64,000 nucleotides of DNA, taken from Amoebidium appalachense (Eukaryota > Protista > Ichthyosporea). Below the pieces are notes generated by a model. That model ran no database searches, had not been told where the DNA came from, and was given only the letters and a program-made list of their open reading frames with translations. Location: assembly GCA_963693365.1 (NCBI GenBank), contig CAVNZM010000002.1:7718454-7782453 (forward strand), written 5' to 3'. The translations under genes and the position numbers were made by a program. Below, in pieces: positions 47,151-61,926 of the stretch (positions are counted from its first letter, which is position 1; each line of letters opens with the position of its first letter).

Positions 47151-47598
47151 ACAGACACGTACCCAACCAAATACCCAGGCCCATGGCCGACGACAATACA
47201 CAAGCTGAACGTACACACGCACACATGGGATAAAACTGGTAACTCCGAAAGGCAATTATTTCCTCAGGATGTGTGTGTGTATGTACGTGCGACCGTATCT
47301 CATGCTGTACCTGCGCATGCAACCATAAACTGTGTTGTGGAGCTTCGGTTAGTAATTCAGGCAAAGTTTGTGCATCTGCGAGCAAGCTTCGGTAAAACTC
47401 AGTTTCCAGGCTTTAGCCTCTGTCTACACACTACAACAACATGCACGTTTGCTTGTGTGCAGACCTCAGTCAACAGTTGCCTTTGGGAGTTACCAGCAGA
47501 AGGAAATTTTTCTAGAAGAGAGAGAAGTCTTCCTTTTAGTAGCAATGCATGTTAAGCCCCCCCCCCCCCCCCCCCCCTCCTCCCTCCCTCCCCCCCCC

Positions 47599-47725
<127 letters not shown>

Positions 47726-47881
47726 GCACACACACGTACACACGCACACGCACAGACGCCCACATGTACACACACACGGCAACAGTATTGGCGAGGATGT
47801 TGGGGGGGAGGCGGGGGAGGGGAAGGGGGGGGGGGGGGGGGGGGAGAGAGATAGAAAGAGAATGAAGGTGTGCCCTCCTTC

Positions 47882-47930
<49 letters not shown>

Positions 47931-48121
47931 ACCCGGCTCCCCCCTCCTTCCCCCCCCCCCCCAAAAAAAAGAAAGAAAGAAAAAAAAGGAAAAAGAAAAC
48001 ATACGTATACCCACTCACACACACCGTGGCGCACACATCCTCCCCAGGACCTTCCCCGAAACTGTTGCCGTGTGTGCATGTGTGCGTCCGTGTGTGCGTG
48101 TGCGTGTGCGTGTGCGTGCGC

Positions 48122-48191
<70 letters not shown>

Positions 48192-48793
48192 GGGAGGCGG
48201 GGCTTGAGGGGGGTGGGTGGGCGGGTGGTTGTGGGGGGGGGGGGGGGGGGGGGGGGGGGGACGTTTCAAGTGGTTCAGATGGGCCTACGTGGGCTTTTAT
48301 GGCTGTACTCGTTTTTGGTAATTCTTCGCCTATCTTCTGTATAACTTGAACACTCCGAATTTCGTGCATCTATCAACTTATATATAAACTTTGCGTATAT
48401 ATGAATCGTATTGAGCATGCGCTGGGGCAAGCTATGCCATCATCAAATCAAATTGTGAGCCCCGCGGCGGCGACGCAGAGTCGTAATATTGCGACTTCAA
48501 GTCACAGCAACCTTGACTTTAACCAAGTCAAGCTATGCCGGCTTGACTTCTTATTAGAATTGGTGAGAGGAGCTGGTGACTTGTCCTGACCATCAGTTGC
48601 GACTTGAGTCTTCAGGTGACTTTTTAATATATATTGTAGAAATACGCTTACGAATGATTCTGAGTTGACGCTAACTTACAAACGTTCTTGAGTGTGTGGA
48701 CCTTGTTGCGTGTCTACATGTACGAAAGGTAGCCCTACGTATATACCTGCATGTGAGTGAGCCCGAGAAGAAGAGAAACACACGCACCCACAC

Positions 48794-48878
<85 letters not shown>

Positions 48879-49009
48879 TGTACACAAACACACACACACG
48901 TGCACACACACTAGTAGGGTACGAGCACAGCAGCTTCGTGAAGCTGTGACTTGAAGTCACATGTGCACCCCCCTGCAGAAAAAAATCGCCACACACATGC
49001 AGGTATACA

Positions 49010-49084
49010 CATATACGCACACAATCATACACGCAAATGTGACTTTAATACACATGCACAAGCATGTAAGCACCACAATCACAA

Positions 49085-49116
<32 letters not shown>

Positions 49117-49169
49117 AGTGTGCAACCACACACACTGTAGCACACACACACATGCACACACGCACACAT

Positions 49170-49216
<47 letters not shown>

Positions 49217-49298
49217 GTGTGCACACACACACACTGTAGCACACACACACATGCACACACGCACACACACACGCACACACACACACACACACGTGACA

Positions 49299-49335
<37 letters not shown>

Positions 49336-49398
49336 ATACACACATACACACACAACACACCCACCCACGCGCACACACACCGTGTGTGTACACACACT

Positions 49399-49449
<51 letters not shown>

Positions 49450-49833
49450 ACACGCACACGCACACGCACACAAACTGTACACTTACGCATGGCACAGGCA
49501 AACACACGGTCTGTGCAGTCGCACAAACACACACAGACGCGCGCGCCCACGCTACGTGTACACACACACAAGGCACACCATTGCCATGCACCTGCGCACA
49601 CACACGCACACACACACACACACACACCCCGTGCAGTCACACAAGCACACACACACACACCGTGCAGTCACACAAGCGTACACAGACGCGCTGCGTCGGC
49701 GCGCACTGTACAAGCAGAGAGAGACGCACACACACCGTGTGCACACACACACACTGTAGCACACACACACATGCACACACGCACACACACACGCACACAC
49801 ACACACACACACATAAACACACACACACACGTG

Positions 49834-49865
<32 letters not shown>

Positions 49866-49949
49866 ACATGTATACACATACACGCACAACACACCCACCC
49901 ACGTGCACACACACCGTGTGTGTACACACACTGACACACATACACACGT

Positions 49950-50017
<68 letters not shown>

Positions 50018-50141
50018 CTTCCGCATGGCACAGGCAAACACACGGTCTGTGCAGTCGCACAAACACACACAGACGCGCGCGCCCACGTGTACACACACAC
50101 AAGGCACACCATTGCCATGCACATGCGCACACAAGTACCAG

Positions 50142-50178
<37 letters not shown>

Positions 50179-50586
50179 GGGGGGGAGAAGAGAGAGGGAG
50201 GGGGGGGGGGAGGGGGAGAGAGAGGGAGAGAGAGAGACTCAGGGGGGGGGAGTGTGTGTGTGTGTGTGTGCACGTGTGTGCCTGGTGTGTACACAAGGTT
50301 CTAAGTGTAGCAGACTCCGAGGCTACCCACATGTGAACAGATATTGTGTTCGAGCCTCATTCAACTCAACTACAACCTGAGGCATACATATATTAAAGAA
50401 GACTGACGCTCCACAGTGAGCAAAGGCAGAAATCGCCAAACACAATTATGTACACGCACGCACACAATCATACACGCAAATGTGACTTTAATACACATGC
50501 ACAAGCACCCAACGGCATGTAAGCACGCGCGCACACACACACACACACCGCCAAACACACACACTGCTAGCACACATGCACACACG

Positions 50587-50627
<41 letters not shown>

Positions 50628-50648
50628 GTGACACACACATACACGCGT

Positions 50649-50722
<74 letters not shown>

Positions 50723-50860
50723 GTATACACACACATACACACACACACACCCGCTGTGCACACACACGCACACACGCACACACACACCCCGTGCAGTCAC
50801 AAAAGCGCACACAGACGCGCTGCGTCAGCGCGCACCGTAAACACACACCGTAGATGCCGA
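49010..50860. repeat. Complex CA-rich tandem/segmental duplications (about 540-600 bp period)
   Basis: GCATGGCACAGGCAAACACACGGTCTGTGCAGTCGCAC at about 49487 and 50022; CACAATCATACACGCAAATGTGACTTTAATACACATGCACAAGCA at about 49020 and 50463. Confidence 0.8.
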
Positions 50861-50864
50861 GACT

Positions 50865-50928
<64 letters not shown>

Positions 50929-51681
50929 CAGGGGGGGGGGGGGGGAGTGTGTGTGTGTGTGTCAAATTGATTCGACCGAGTTTGGGCCCACATCGCTGTG
51001 GGTGGAACCCACTAACTAGATCGTTTATTGAGAAAGGCCGACATAGACCTTAAATGAAATGACAGCGGCTGATAAACAAGCTAAATTTTTCAGATAGAAA
51101 CTTACGAAATTACTCAGAATCAGTTATTATACTCTGAATACGTCTTCGAGGCAGATAAATACTGCATATCACCAATATATCTCAAATTTACATTTGAGGA
51201 ATGCCATCAACAACCACAGCGTGACTCTCAGTCACCACACGCGCATTCGCACAAACCTTTTCCGGTTTCCCCATCCCATATCCCTTAACTACCACGCTCA
51301 AATTTTCCAGCGGGCTATCTTTCATCCTGCTGTTTATCACAGAGTCTCCTATAGAGCTGAAAGCCAGCCGCGCCTTTTGTCTTCTCTCCTTTATCCTTTT
51401 AAATCATGGATATACGTAAATGCAGAAAGTAAATAGTCTCTGCATGGGTAACGTCCAAAGTAACGTCCATAACAAGAGCCAGAAAGGTGCCGGTCCGTTT
51501 CCTGTGCCATCGATTTAAGACGATGGCCATACAGGGCACCCATACGAGTATGTAGACAGATGTGTACACGATTACCGGTAGACGGAAACACTGTGAGTGT
51601 GTGTATGTGAGGTTGGGGGGGGGGGGGGGGGGGGGGGAGGGGGGGGGAGGGGAGGGGGAGGGGGGAAGGATCTGTGTGTGT

Positions 51682-51736
<55 letters not shown>

Positions 51737-51852
51737 ACGGTGTGTGTGTGTGTGTGTGTAATGTGTGTGCATACGTGCGTGCATGTGCTTGCATATGTGT
51801 GTGTATATGTGCGTGTGTTTATGTGTGTGTGCGTGTGTGTGTTCTTGCATTG

Positions 51853-51890
<38 letters not shown>

Positions 51891-52071
51891 ATGCAGGAAA
51901 TCACAGTGGTTCAACTTCGAATTCGGAGATGTCCACGGTCCCCCCTTCCGGATCCCCCCCCCCCCCCCCCCTTCCCCCCCGGGGCCCCAGGGCCTTCCTG
52001 GAAATCATCGCACACATACAGTCTGTAAGAGTCACCGGCACACGCGCGCGCGCACATAAACAACAAACACA

Positions 52072-52151
<80 letters not shown>

Positions 52152-52153
52152 GT

Positions 52154-52190
<37 letters not shown>

Positions 52191-52277
52191 CATACACACA
52201 CACACTGTGACACCACACACACAAACACACACACACACAGCCTACACAGACACACACACACACACACAGACACACAC

Positions 52278-52323
<46 letters not shown>

Positions 52324-52445
52324 CGTGACACACACACACACACGCACACACACGCACACACGCACACCCGCACGCATGCACACGTGCACACATCCCTTCA
52401 CCACGGTGACCTCCCTCCGGATTTGATCCACCCAACCAACCCCTA

Positions 52446-52878
52446 GGAAGGACTCAACCACATCGGCAGAGTCAACTTGCAAAAAGCAGAATTATTCTGC
52501 AAAAGCGGAATTATTCTGCAAAAAGCAGAATTATTTTGCAAAAAGCAGAATTATTCCGCAAAAGCAGAATCACTCTGCTTTTAGCAGAATTATTCTGCTT
52601 TTGGCAGAATTATTCTGCTTTTGGCAGAATTATTCCGCAAAAAGCAGAATCATTCTGCTTTCGACAGCAGAATAATTCTGCTTTTAGCGGAATAATTCTT
52701 CTTTTAGCAGATTGATTCTGCTGTTTGCAGAGTGATTCTGCTTTTAGCAGATTGATTCTGCTTTTGCAGAAAAATTCTGCTTTTAGCAGAACGATTTTGC
52801 TTTTTGCAAAATAACTCTGCTTTTTGTAGAATAATTCTCCTCGGAGCAAGTTGATTCAGCTGATGTGGTTGGGCCCTC
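52446..52878. mobile_element. Non-autonomous foldback/MITE-like element with palindromic 20-bp internal arrays
   Basis: Imperfect TIRs of about 35 bp (..CAACCACATCGGCAGAGTCAACTTGC / GCAAGTTGATTCAGCTGATGTGGTTG..) flanked by TA on both sides. The interior is AAAAGCAGAATTATTCTGC repeats that invert orientation. Confidence 0.8.
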
Positions 52879-53135
52879 TAGGAGTATTACCCTTTTGATA
52901 ATCATGCATGTCCAAATTGTGCTCGTTCAAGTATTAGAGAATGTGCTGGGCATACTTTACCGTGGCACCGCAGCCAGTTGATAATAAAAATGCGCAGGCT
53001 GTGTGCTGTGAGCATGAGCCTCTAAGCGCAACCCAAGTGCTCCAGGTGTGGGCGTGTGTATCCCGGGTTTGCATGGTACAGTGCACGTCTGTGTGTGTAT
53101 GTGTGTGTGTGCGTGTGCATGTGCGGGTGCTTGTG

Positions 53136-53225
<90 letters not shown>

Positions 53226-53226
53226 A

Positions 53227-53284
<58 letters not shown>

Positions 53285-53546
53285 ATGAGTGCGACTGTGT
53301 ACATGCATATCACGGAGTTCCCCACCGCCCGCATCAGCTAATTCACTCTGCCACAGTGCGAGAATAATTCTGCTTTTTGTGGATTTTTTCGGCCAATGTA
53401 TGTGGATGTTTACTTTGCGAGTGCGATCGATGATGGCATAAGAAGAATTGAGCCGCTCGGAGCAGAAAAGTTCTCAGCGTGCAAAATGAGGCTTTGTTCA
53501 CCGCAAAATACCAATTCTGCTTTTGCTGAATCATTCTGCGTAAGTG

Positions 53547-53580
<34 letters not shown>

Positions 53581-53927
53581 GCGGGCAGCGTCATCAGTGG
53601 GGCCGGCATTGGGGGCTAATATATGTGGGATAGTTGGCCCATTTCATGGCATGTGTGAGCCTCACTGTGTTGCTGGTCATGGGGCATGTGTGTGTGTGTG
53701 TCACAAAATGTGTGGGTGCGCGTGTACGGCACTGCGTAGTTCCGGCGCAATGGATTCATGTGTGTGTGTATGTGTGTGTAGAGCCTAAGACGGTGGGCAA
53801 AGTTTTAATGCAAACGGTTTGGGGGTCTAGGCGTAAATCAGGCTGTACGCGCACACACACGTGCGAGCGTGCAATGCCATGTGTGGGTGTGGGTGTGCAT
53901 GAGCTTTACAGTTTGTTTGTGGGTCAC

Positions 53928-53994
<67 letters not shown>

Positions 53995-54037
53995 CGCACG
54001 GTGTGTGTGTGTGCGTGCATGTGTGCGTGCGTGTGTT

Positions 54038-54077
<40 letters not shown>

Positions 54078-54202
54078 TGTGTGTGTTTCTTTGTGCCACC
54101 TGTGTGTTTGTACATGTTCGAGTGTGTGTACCAGAGAGACGACTATCCGTATGTGCACGTCTTTGTGTTCACGTGTCACCTGTCCCCCTAAATTAACCGG
54201 GA

Positions 54203-54237
<35 letters not shown>

Positions 54238-55379
54238 AAGCTAGTTGCAGGTAAGGAATTAATGCTTAGACAAATAAGCAACTCGCAGTATACATTCCGA
54301 ATCTACCCCCCCCCCCCCCCCCCCCTCCCGTCTCCCCCCCCCCCCCTCCCCCCCCCCCCCCCCCTCCCCCCCCCCCCCCCCCCCCACCCCCACCCCACCC
54401 CTCTTTACGCTCTCCCCGTACCGTTTCGACTATTGGAGTTGTCCAATAATTTGATCTAGAACCAAAATGAAATCAGTGATGAGCTTCAAGGTTGAGTGGT
54501 TGTTGGTGTCACAATGCCCCGGACAGAATCCAGATGCAAGTATTCAGCACACACTCCCAGCCGCTGAAAATGTACATGAAAATGTTGCAATACTATGATA
54601 GAACTTGAACTGGCACGGTACAATTATCGCACCCACCAGTACCGTAACACCGCCAGCAATATGTATCCTGCAAAATTTTGATGAGTTGTGACGGCCTGTT
54701 CTGCATCAGTGTCCACCAACCACCATATGAGCATATGCATGTGACGACATCATCACGTTGCCCAGTGTCACCGTGCCGTGCACAACTAATATTAATCATG
54801 ACTCCGGATCCGACACCCCCCCCCCCCCACTTTTTTTTATTTATTTTTTTATTTTTTTTATTTTTTTTTATAACCAGGCGTCCTTACTAAGATGGCGGTG
54901 TCCACAGCATTACTTGAACCCACTGATGTGCCTTCCTCAAGTTCTCTCCGCTCCCCCCCCCCCCCCCCCCCCCCCCCCCCTTCTCCCTCTCCTCCCCACC
55001 CACCACCCAACCCTTCCCAACCCTCGTTTCAAGTTCCCAGTTTCCGGCTAGAGAAATTATTTCGTATATCTGGTTCCCGTTAACCCCCGTCCCCCTCTTC
55101 CCCGTGTGGCTTGCCTGCCTGCCCACCTTTTTTAGGCAAGGTTCCAGGTAAAGCAAGAACGTTCCGGGAGATTAGTTTGAAAGCAGTGCCGTGGTGGTGT
55201 CGAGCTCGGTCATGCAAAAAGATAATTCAGAATGACACCGTTCCAAACGGAAAAGACTAAATCATTAGAAAATCACAATGCAATCTGTTAAACCTAGGCC
55301 TAAAATGATGTACATGGGCTACTATGATCATGTGACACCAACTGCAATCAAGGCGAGAAAAAAGAGGCACCCACTGTAA

Positions 55380-55796
55380 CTACAGCGGAAGCGGAATGGT
55401 CAAAGAAACTGAGACGAGACCGCCTGCATGCATGTGCATGGTAGAATATTTTCCCGGCGGCGTGGATGGATTGGAGGGTTGGGTGGGTGGGTGGATGGGT
55501 GTTCGTGGTGAGTGGTGGTGGTGGTGGTGGTGGTGGTGGTGTGTATGTGTGTGTGTGTGGGGAGGGGCGCGAGGGGAGGGAAGGAGGGAGGGGGGAGGGG
55601 GAGGGGGGAGGGGGGGGGGGGGGTCAATGACTCTTGATGGAGGGGGCATGTGTGAGTGCAAGGGCCCTGGGTGTATGTATGTGTGTGGGGAGGGGCTGGT
55701 ATCCGACTGAGTAATATGTGCCTCCTCTGAGGGTTTTCTGGGGACCGGGGTGGGTGAACCTCGGTGTGCGTGTGTGCACGCACGCGTGTGTGCGTG

Positions 55797-55844
<48 letters not shown>

Positions 55845-58194
55845 GGGAGAAGGGAAGGGAAGGGGGGAGTGGAAGGGTAAGGGATGGTTGTGGATGCATC
55901 ACAAACGACAACTTAAAACGGCACTTACATGGACTGCAGTCTGCCTTTACTGCGCCATGCATCTTGTGCATGGGGCATGGGTCCTCGGTCAAGATCACAC
56001 AGTCACTGTACATGGCACTAGTGATATGGTCCTGATTAAGTCCCGGTAAACTGGGTGGGGGTTTTAACACTGCCCCCCCTATTGGATGGTGCCTGTAAAC
56101 TAAGCTTCGATGGTTTACTGATTTCAAGCGATATTTACTTCCACTTCCACAATTCCAACAAGACCTCCCCACCCACCCACCCAACCACACACACACATAC
56201 CAAAAAAAAAAAAAAAAAAAAAAAAAAAAGCATATGAGAAGAAAACCTTTGAATGAAATGTCGGAAAGTGGCTCTATACAAAACTTGATAACTGTAGCAT
56301 AGTCTACCCTCCTCCCCCCCCCCCCCCCCCCCCTCCAATACATTTTCCCTTCCTTCACCACTCCTAACTCGAGGTCCGGTCTCAATCCCTTACCATCGCC
56401 ACCCATCACACCCTCTCCCTCCCCTCCCTCCCTCTAACCTTCCTACTCAACACCTTCCATATGGAAAACTGCGACATGAACCCATACCCCTCGGCACCGA
56501 GAACAACAAAAACAAACATGGGGTAAAACACGCGCATGGTGCTTCCTACTTCATGGAAATGCACGGCGTAATATATTATGGCGAGGAGTTGAAAACCGAT
56601 TTTTGTGGCTGCAAAAGACACCCACGCCCAAAACATGCTTCGTTCCTTGAGTCGGAGGTGGGAGTCGTCTAGGAGGCGGTAGAAGAGAAGGGCAACGAAG
56701 GTGGGCTGCTCGAGCATGGCATGTACGGCCTGTGTGTGTGGAGGTTGATGTGTATGTGTGTGTGGGGAGGGTGCACGTGGGTGGGTGGCCAGGGGGGGGG
56801 GGGGGGGGGGGGAGGGGGGGGGGGGAAAGGGGGAAGTGATTTTAGGATGGTGCACATGTGTGTGTGGAGAGGTGGTGGGCCTTAAGTGTCCGGGGGGGGG
56901 AGGGGGAGGGGGAGGGGGGGAGAGCAGGGGGGAAGGGAGGACGTAATGCATGTTATAGCTCTGTGTCTTGTGGGTACTCGAACCATTGTACACGAAGAGG
57001 GAGACGTGTGTGACAGGGATAAGGGGGAACGGGGGAGAGAGAAGGTAAGAACGGGGAGGAAGGGTTAGCATTGATTAACTGAATCACAAATCCTTTTTGT
57101 TTGGTCAGGTGTTTCATAAAAACAAGCAAGTCTCGAGTCATAATAAAGGAGTGAAAGGTTAGTGAATGTGCGAATGTCACAATCGGTTAACATGTTGGTG
57201 GGATGAGGTGCGTGGGTGTGGTGGGGGTTGAGGTGCTGAGGAGGGGGGAGGGGTGGGGGGAAGGGAGAGAAGGGGGGAGGGGGGGGGGGGTGGGTGCTTG
57301 GGTGGGTGGGAAAGGGGGGGGGGGGGGGGGGGGATGGGAACAACAAAAAGGAGTAGTATACCTGTTGGGAAAGCAGATTCAGGAGCGGAAAGGTAAACGA
57401 ATAAGGGAATATCGCCGTTTTTTCTTCTAAGATAAGGCACTGAAATTCAACCACATACAACACTTCCCCCTCCCTCCCTCCCCCCCCCCCCCTCTTTTTT
57501 TCCATCTCCCCACCCTCCGCCCATCCACTCTCCCTCTCCACACTAAAACCCATAACCCATAGCAGCCCCCCCCCCCCCCCCGGCCCCTCCCTCCTCTCCC
57601 TGTTCCCCCCCCCCCCCCCCCCCCCGCGCGTCAGGTACACCTCCCACGCACCTGCAGAGACCCCAGGATGACGTCATGCACCATCAGAGGCTTTGTGGCC
57701 AAGTCATTGCCCGTTATGGTAATAGCGCCAAAAGCCACGAGGGCAATAGAGGCCACGTGATGCACGACCAATGGCAGCCGCATGTTGTCAGCCCTCAGGC
57801 ACAGCTCGAAGAAGTAGATGACGGCCGTGGCCATGAGGAGGAGGGACACCTCGAGCTCGTAGCCGTGGTGGCATTGCCTGTGTGCACGTGTACGTGTGTG
57901 TGTGTGGGGGGGGGGGGAGGGTGGGGGGAAAGGGGGGGGGGTGGGGAAGGAGAGAGGGGGGGGGGGGGGAGGAAGAGGGGGGGAGGGGTGGGTTGGAGAA
58001 GAACGGTGAGGGGGGTGGGGAAGAAGATGGTTCAAGGAGGGGCTGGAAAAAGCCGGGAGGATTGGTTTGTGGAAGTGGAAGGGCAGGGTGGGGTAGGGTG
58101 GGTGGGTGGGTAGGTGGGGGTTCTATTCTGTAGACAACGGGAACATCAAGGGAAAAAATGTGAGATACGTGAATGGGGAAGCTGGCAGTTCCTC

Positions 58195-58225
<31 letters not shown>

Positions 58226-58600
58226 TTTGCCTCCTCACTTTTTCAACTTTAACTTTATATAATAAAGAAATCACTTCATCGCTTTGTTCCCCCCCCCCCC
58301 CCCCCCCCCCCCTCCCAAAATAAAAAAGAAAGAAAGAAAGAAAGATAGAAAAAGAAAAGAGAAAAATAAAAAGCAGATATCCCCCCCTCCCCCCCCCTCC
58401 CCCCCCCCCCCCACACACACACAAAAAAAAAAAAAAGTGTTCGCTTGTAAGTAATATTCTAAGGCAAAGATACTATTTATTTTTCGTTTCAAATTCCCTC
58501 CAATTCTTTTCTGTGGCTAATTCCTATAGACTTCTTTTTGTCCCCGTTTTCCTTTCGCTTTTTTCCCCTCCTCACGGGAGTCGTTCGAAGGAAGCGGGTG

Positions 58601-58631
<31 letters not shown>

Positions 58632-59551
58632 AGTTCTTACATTGCAGGGTCGGGGTTTTCTGGTGAGCATCCCTCCTCGCTGTGGTAGTGCATATACATT
58701 CGTGATAGAGAATAGGCAAGGTGCACAACAACAACCGTGGGAGCAAAAACCTGAATCGCATACGCAAGCGTGTTGCGCCTGTGTGCGTCGTTCAAACCTC
58801 GAAACCGCGGTGAAAAATGTGTAAACAGAAGTTGGAAGGACTTGAAGAGAAACCACACGCTCATGGTGAGGAAAAACCCGTTGTTGAACGTGAACGCGTA
58901 GCGGAAAGGTCCGTTTATGGTAGGGCGGGTGATGGAAGACTTGATAGTGTCGGTGAAGGGGAGGACGTAGAGGAAAATGGACACAGCGAGAAAGATGGAC
59001 GCCACCAGAACGTTCCTTGCGAGAAATTCCCGCGTGTCACGTGGTGCGGCGCCGGTGCCACGTGTGATGATGGTGGTGTTTGAGTCGCTGTTCTTGATGT
59101 CACACCACCCACCTGGGTGCTGTACACTCACGTTTTCCTTGGCGTCACCTGCAAACTCGGTGCTGGTACTTTCCGAGTCTTCGGCGGAGGGCACAAAGGC
59201 GGCGTGGGTGAAGCACGTGTCGTTTTTCCCATGGTTGCACGTGATTGTGACGTCACGGCTGGTTACGTGTTGCGTGAGAGCGTTGTCACACGTCTTTCCC
59301 TTTGCTGTGCTAGAAGGCTCCATCCCGGCCTCCAAAGGAAGAGCAATGCATAGGCCGGATGTTGCGGGAGAAAGGCGGATTTCTGCATGCTCGGAGCCGG
59401 GTGGAAGCGGAGTCATGTACTGGGTGGTAGGGATAGAGGAAGGTGGTGTGGGGGGGTATGTGGCCGCGGGTGTGGATGGTGGGAGGAGGTCGTGGGAGGG
59501 CTCTGCTGGGCGCACCTGGACGGAGTGTGCGCGGCGTGGCGGCTTCGTCAT
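55380..59551 (-). CDS. Multi-pass membrane protein, TLC-domain-like family
   Basis: Phase-consistent exons 59551-58641, 57877-57652, 56729-56439, 56031-55929, 55423-55380. Motifs YFFELCLR...LVVHH and EQPTFVALLFYRL. The family assignment rests on motif recall only. Confidence 0.7.
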
Positions 59552-61056
59552 TTTGTGCTCGGTCGGAGAGAAGAAAGTATAAAAAGACTTTAGAGGGTGA
59601 AAGGGCAATGCCAGAGTAAGGTGTGTTTCGTCAAAAAAAATGACAATAGGGGAAAAACAGAGCCTATGGTGCCGTTCTCACATGTACAGAATATGTCCTG
59701 TAGTGTATCCGCTTTGCAACTTCTGTGAGCAAAACCACCAACATGCCTGGTTTTTGCCTAGGAAGTTGCTTCTTTTTCAGAGTCCCACAGTTCCTGTTTT
59801 GTCTTCATCCACCAGAGAACTCCTTTTCCTTAGCAAGAAAATCCCCACATACAAGTTTTACCTGCCCGTGAACACTACACGTGAATGCATAGTATCTTCT
59901 AGAACGCACACAAGGGTGTTTATATTCGTCTTGCTTCCCACGGATATTTGAGCAGAGGGGAAGTTGGGGGGAGTCCAATTTCTGTAGTGCACACACGTGC
60001 ACACGACACACATTTTTGGTCCACGCGCGTGCATCCTTTACTACGCGCGTGTGCACTCAAACTTCTTTCATCCCAAACACTGAAATGACAAAAACGTAAG
60101 TTGAAAGCACCACATGTTGGGCAACCGGGCTAACCGGCCCGGCCCGGTCCTCCCCCGCGGTTGGTTACTGTGTGTTAAGTTCGCCTCCGGCTGTGTGTGT
60201 GAGCTGCAGGCACGTACAGTGTGTGTCAGGTACGCCATAGAGTTTACAGGGGGTTCTTCCAGCCGGAATTTTCTTGCTACTCTGCGTTTTTGTTAGAGGG
60301 ATATGTCTGTCCTATATGAAAATCTACAAACCCTCAAAGTTTGTTTCTCACGGAGTCGGCTGCAGCTGTCCGCAACCGCCGGGTTGATGACGAACAGTAG
60401 AGTAACCGGCGAATTTATTGCACCAATCGGATGGCGCTACGCCAAACCTGCCTAATTAGGCATGCATTTTTTAGCTTTCGTTGGACAGGAGGGTAAAGGG
60501 GAATCATAATCGGCTGATTGCGCAGTTTTTTAGAGCCACACACTTTAGGCATAAAATAAAGTGACTACTATTCAACGTAATATAAATAAGTAATACTATT
60601 TTGTTTCATTTATATGCTTTTTTTAGAACGAAGCGTTACGAGACAAGCTTTTCAACAGGTTCGTTGATACTACATCTGCATTTTCTGACCAAGGCAAAGT
60701 GTCTGCCCTCCTCAATCCAACATTTGATTGGCTGTGCACGCGCCTATCGGATGGTATCGCCTCGGCTGATGTTCCGGTGTCTTCCCGCAGGCCGCACACA
60801 CCTGCATAAGTTCTCCCGTTTAAACCGAAAGCTTCAAGGTAGAGTTTTTGAGGTCGTGGTAGAAAGAAACGTGCGTGTGTGTGCGTGCGTGTGTGTGTGT
60901 GCGTGCGTGCGTGTGTGCATGTGTGCGCGTGTACGTGTGCGCATGTGCGTGCACGTTTGTGTGTGTGCGTGTGCCTGTATGTGGGTGTGGGTGTGGGTGT
61001 ATGTGTGTGTGCTCCGGTGTGTCTGTGCGTGTGTGTGTGCGTGTGTGCGTGTGCAA

Positions 61057-61105
<49 letters not shown>

Positions 61106-61159
61106 TGTGTGTGTGTGGGTGTGGGTGTGTGTGTGTGTGCTGTGTGCTCCTGCGTGCCT

Positions 61160-61238
<79 letters not shown>

Positions 61239-61926
61239 ATGCATGTGCGTGTACATGTGCCTGTGTGTGATTATGCGTGAGCGTGTATGTGCGTACATAC
61301 CCGTACGGTATGCATGTGTGCGTGGGTGCGTGTTCGTGCATGTGTGTGCGTATATGTGCTTGTATGTGCATGCGTGGGTACGTGTGTACGTGTCATGGTG
61401 TGTCTGCGTTCCTCCCCCCTCAAACCCCCCCCCCCCCTCCCTCCTCCCCCTTCCACAATTTTCGTTTTCCCACCGTTTTCCCAGGAGGAACCTTCAAGGG
61501 TATATGGTGGCCTAAACGAGTGTGTCTCTGTGTGTGTGTTTGCAGGGTTGCGGATGGAGGAGGAGGAGGTGGTGGTCATGGTGGTGGTGGTGGTTGTTGT
61601 GATAGCGGTAGAAGAGAGGGGGGGGGGGGGGGGAAGGGTAGGGGGGGGGGGAGGGGGCGGAACTGGATGGCTAGCCGTCTTTTGTGTCTATGAGTGCGGT
61701 GTGTGTGCGTCTGTTTGCGCCACATAGGTTTACCTCTCTGCATGCAGGTTGAGCTTGCCCTGCACGTCCGTGTGACTATACGTGTGCTTCGAGGGTGCTT
61801 TTTGGTTGCATGTGTGTGACACGCTAGGTACTGTGGTTCTGGCCATTCTTTCATCATCGGAGGAATATGCCACCTGTGATTCATGCTAACCTATGATTCT
61901 CCTTTGCCCTACAGTTGATAGACAAA

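Noticed and set aside
52480-52840. Palindromic 20-bp array as CRISPR or as coding ORF 52610-52849
   Set aside because: There are no spacers, and the array is enclosed by TIRs, so it is better explained as a foldback MITE.
54470-54570. Box C (GTGATGA) and box D (CTGA) suggesting a snoRNA
   Set aside because: No convincing terminal stem or recognisable rRNA guide, and such motifs arise by chance.
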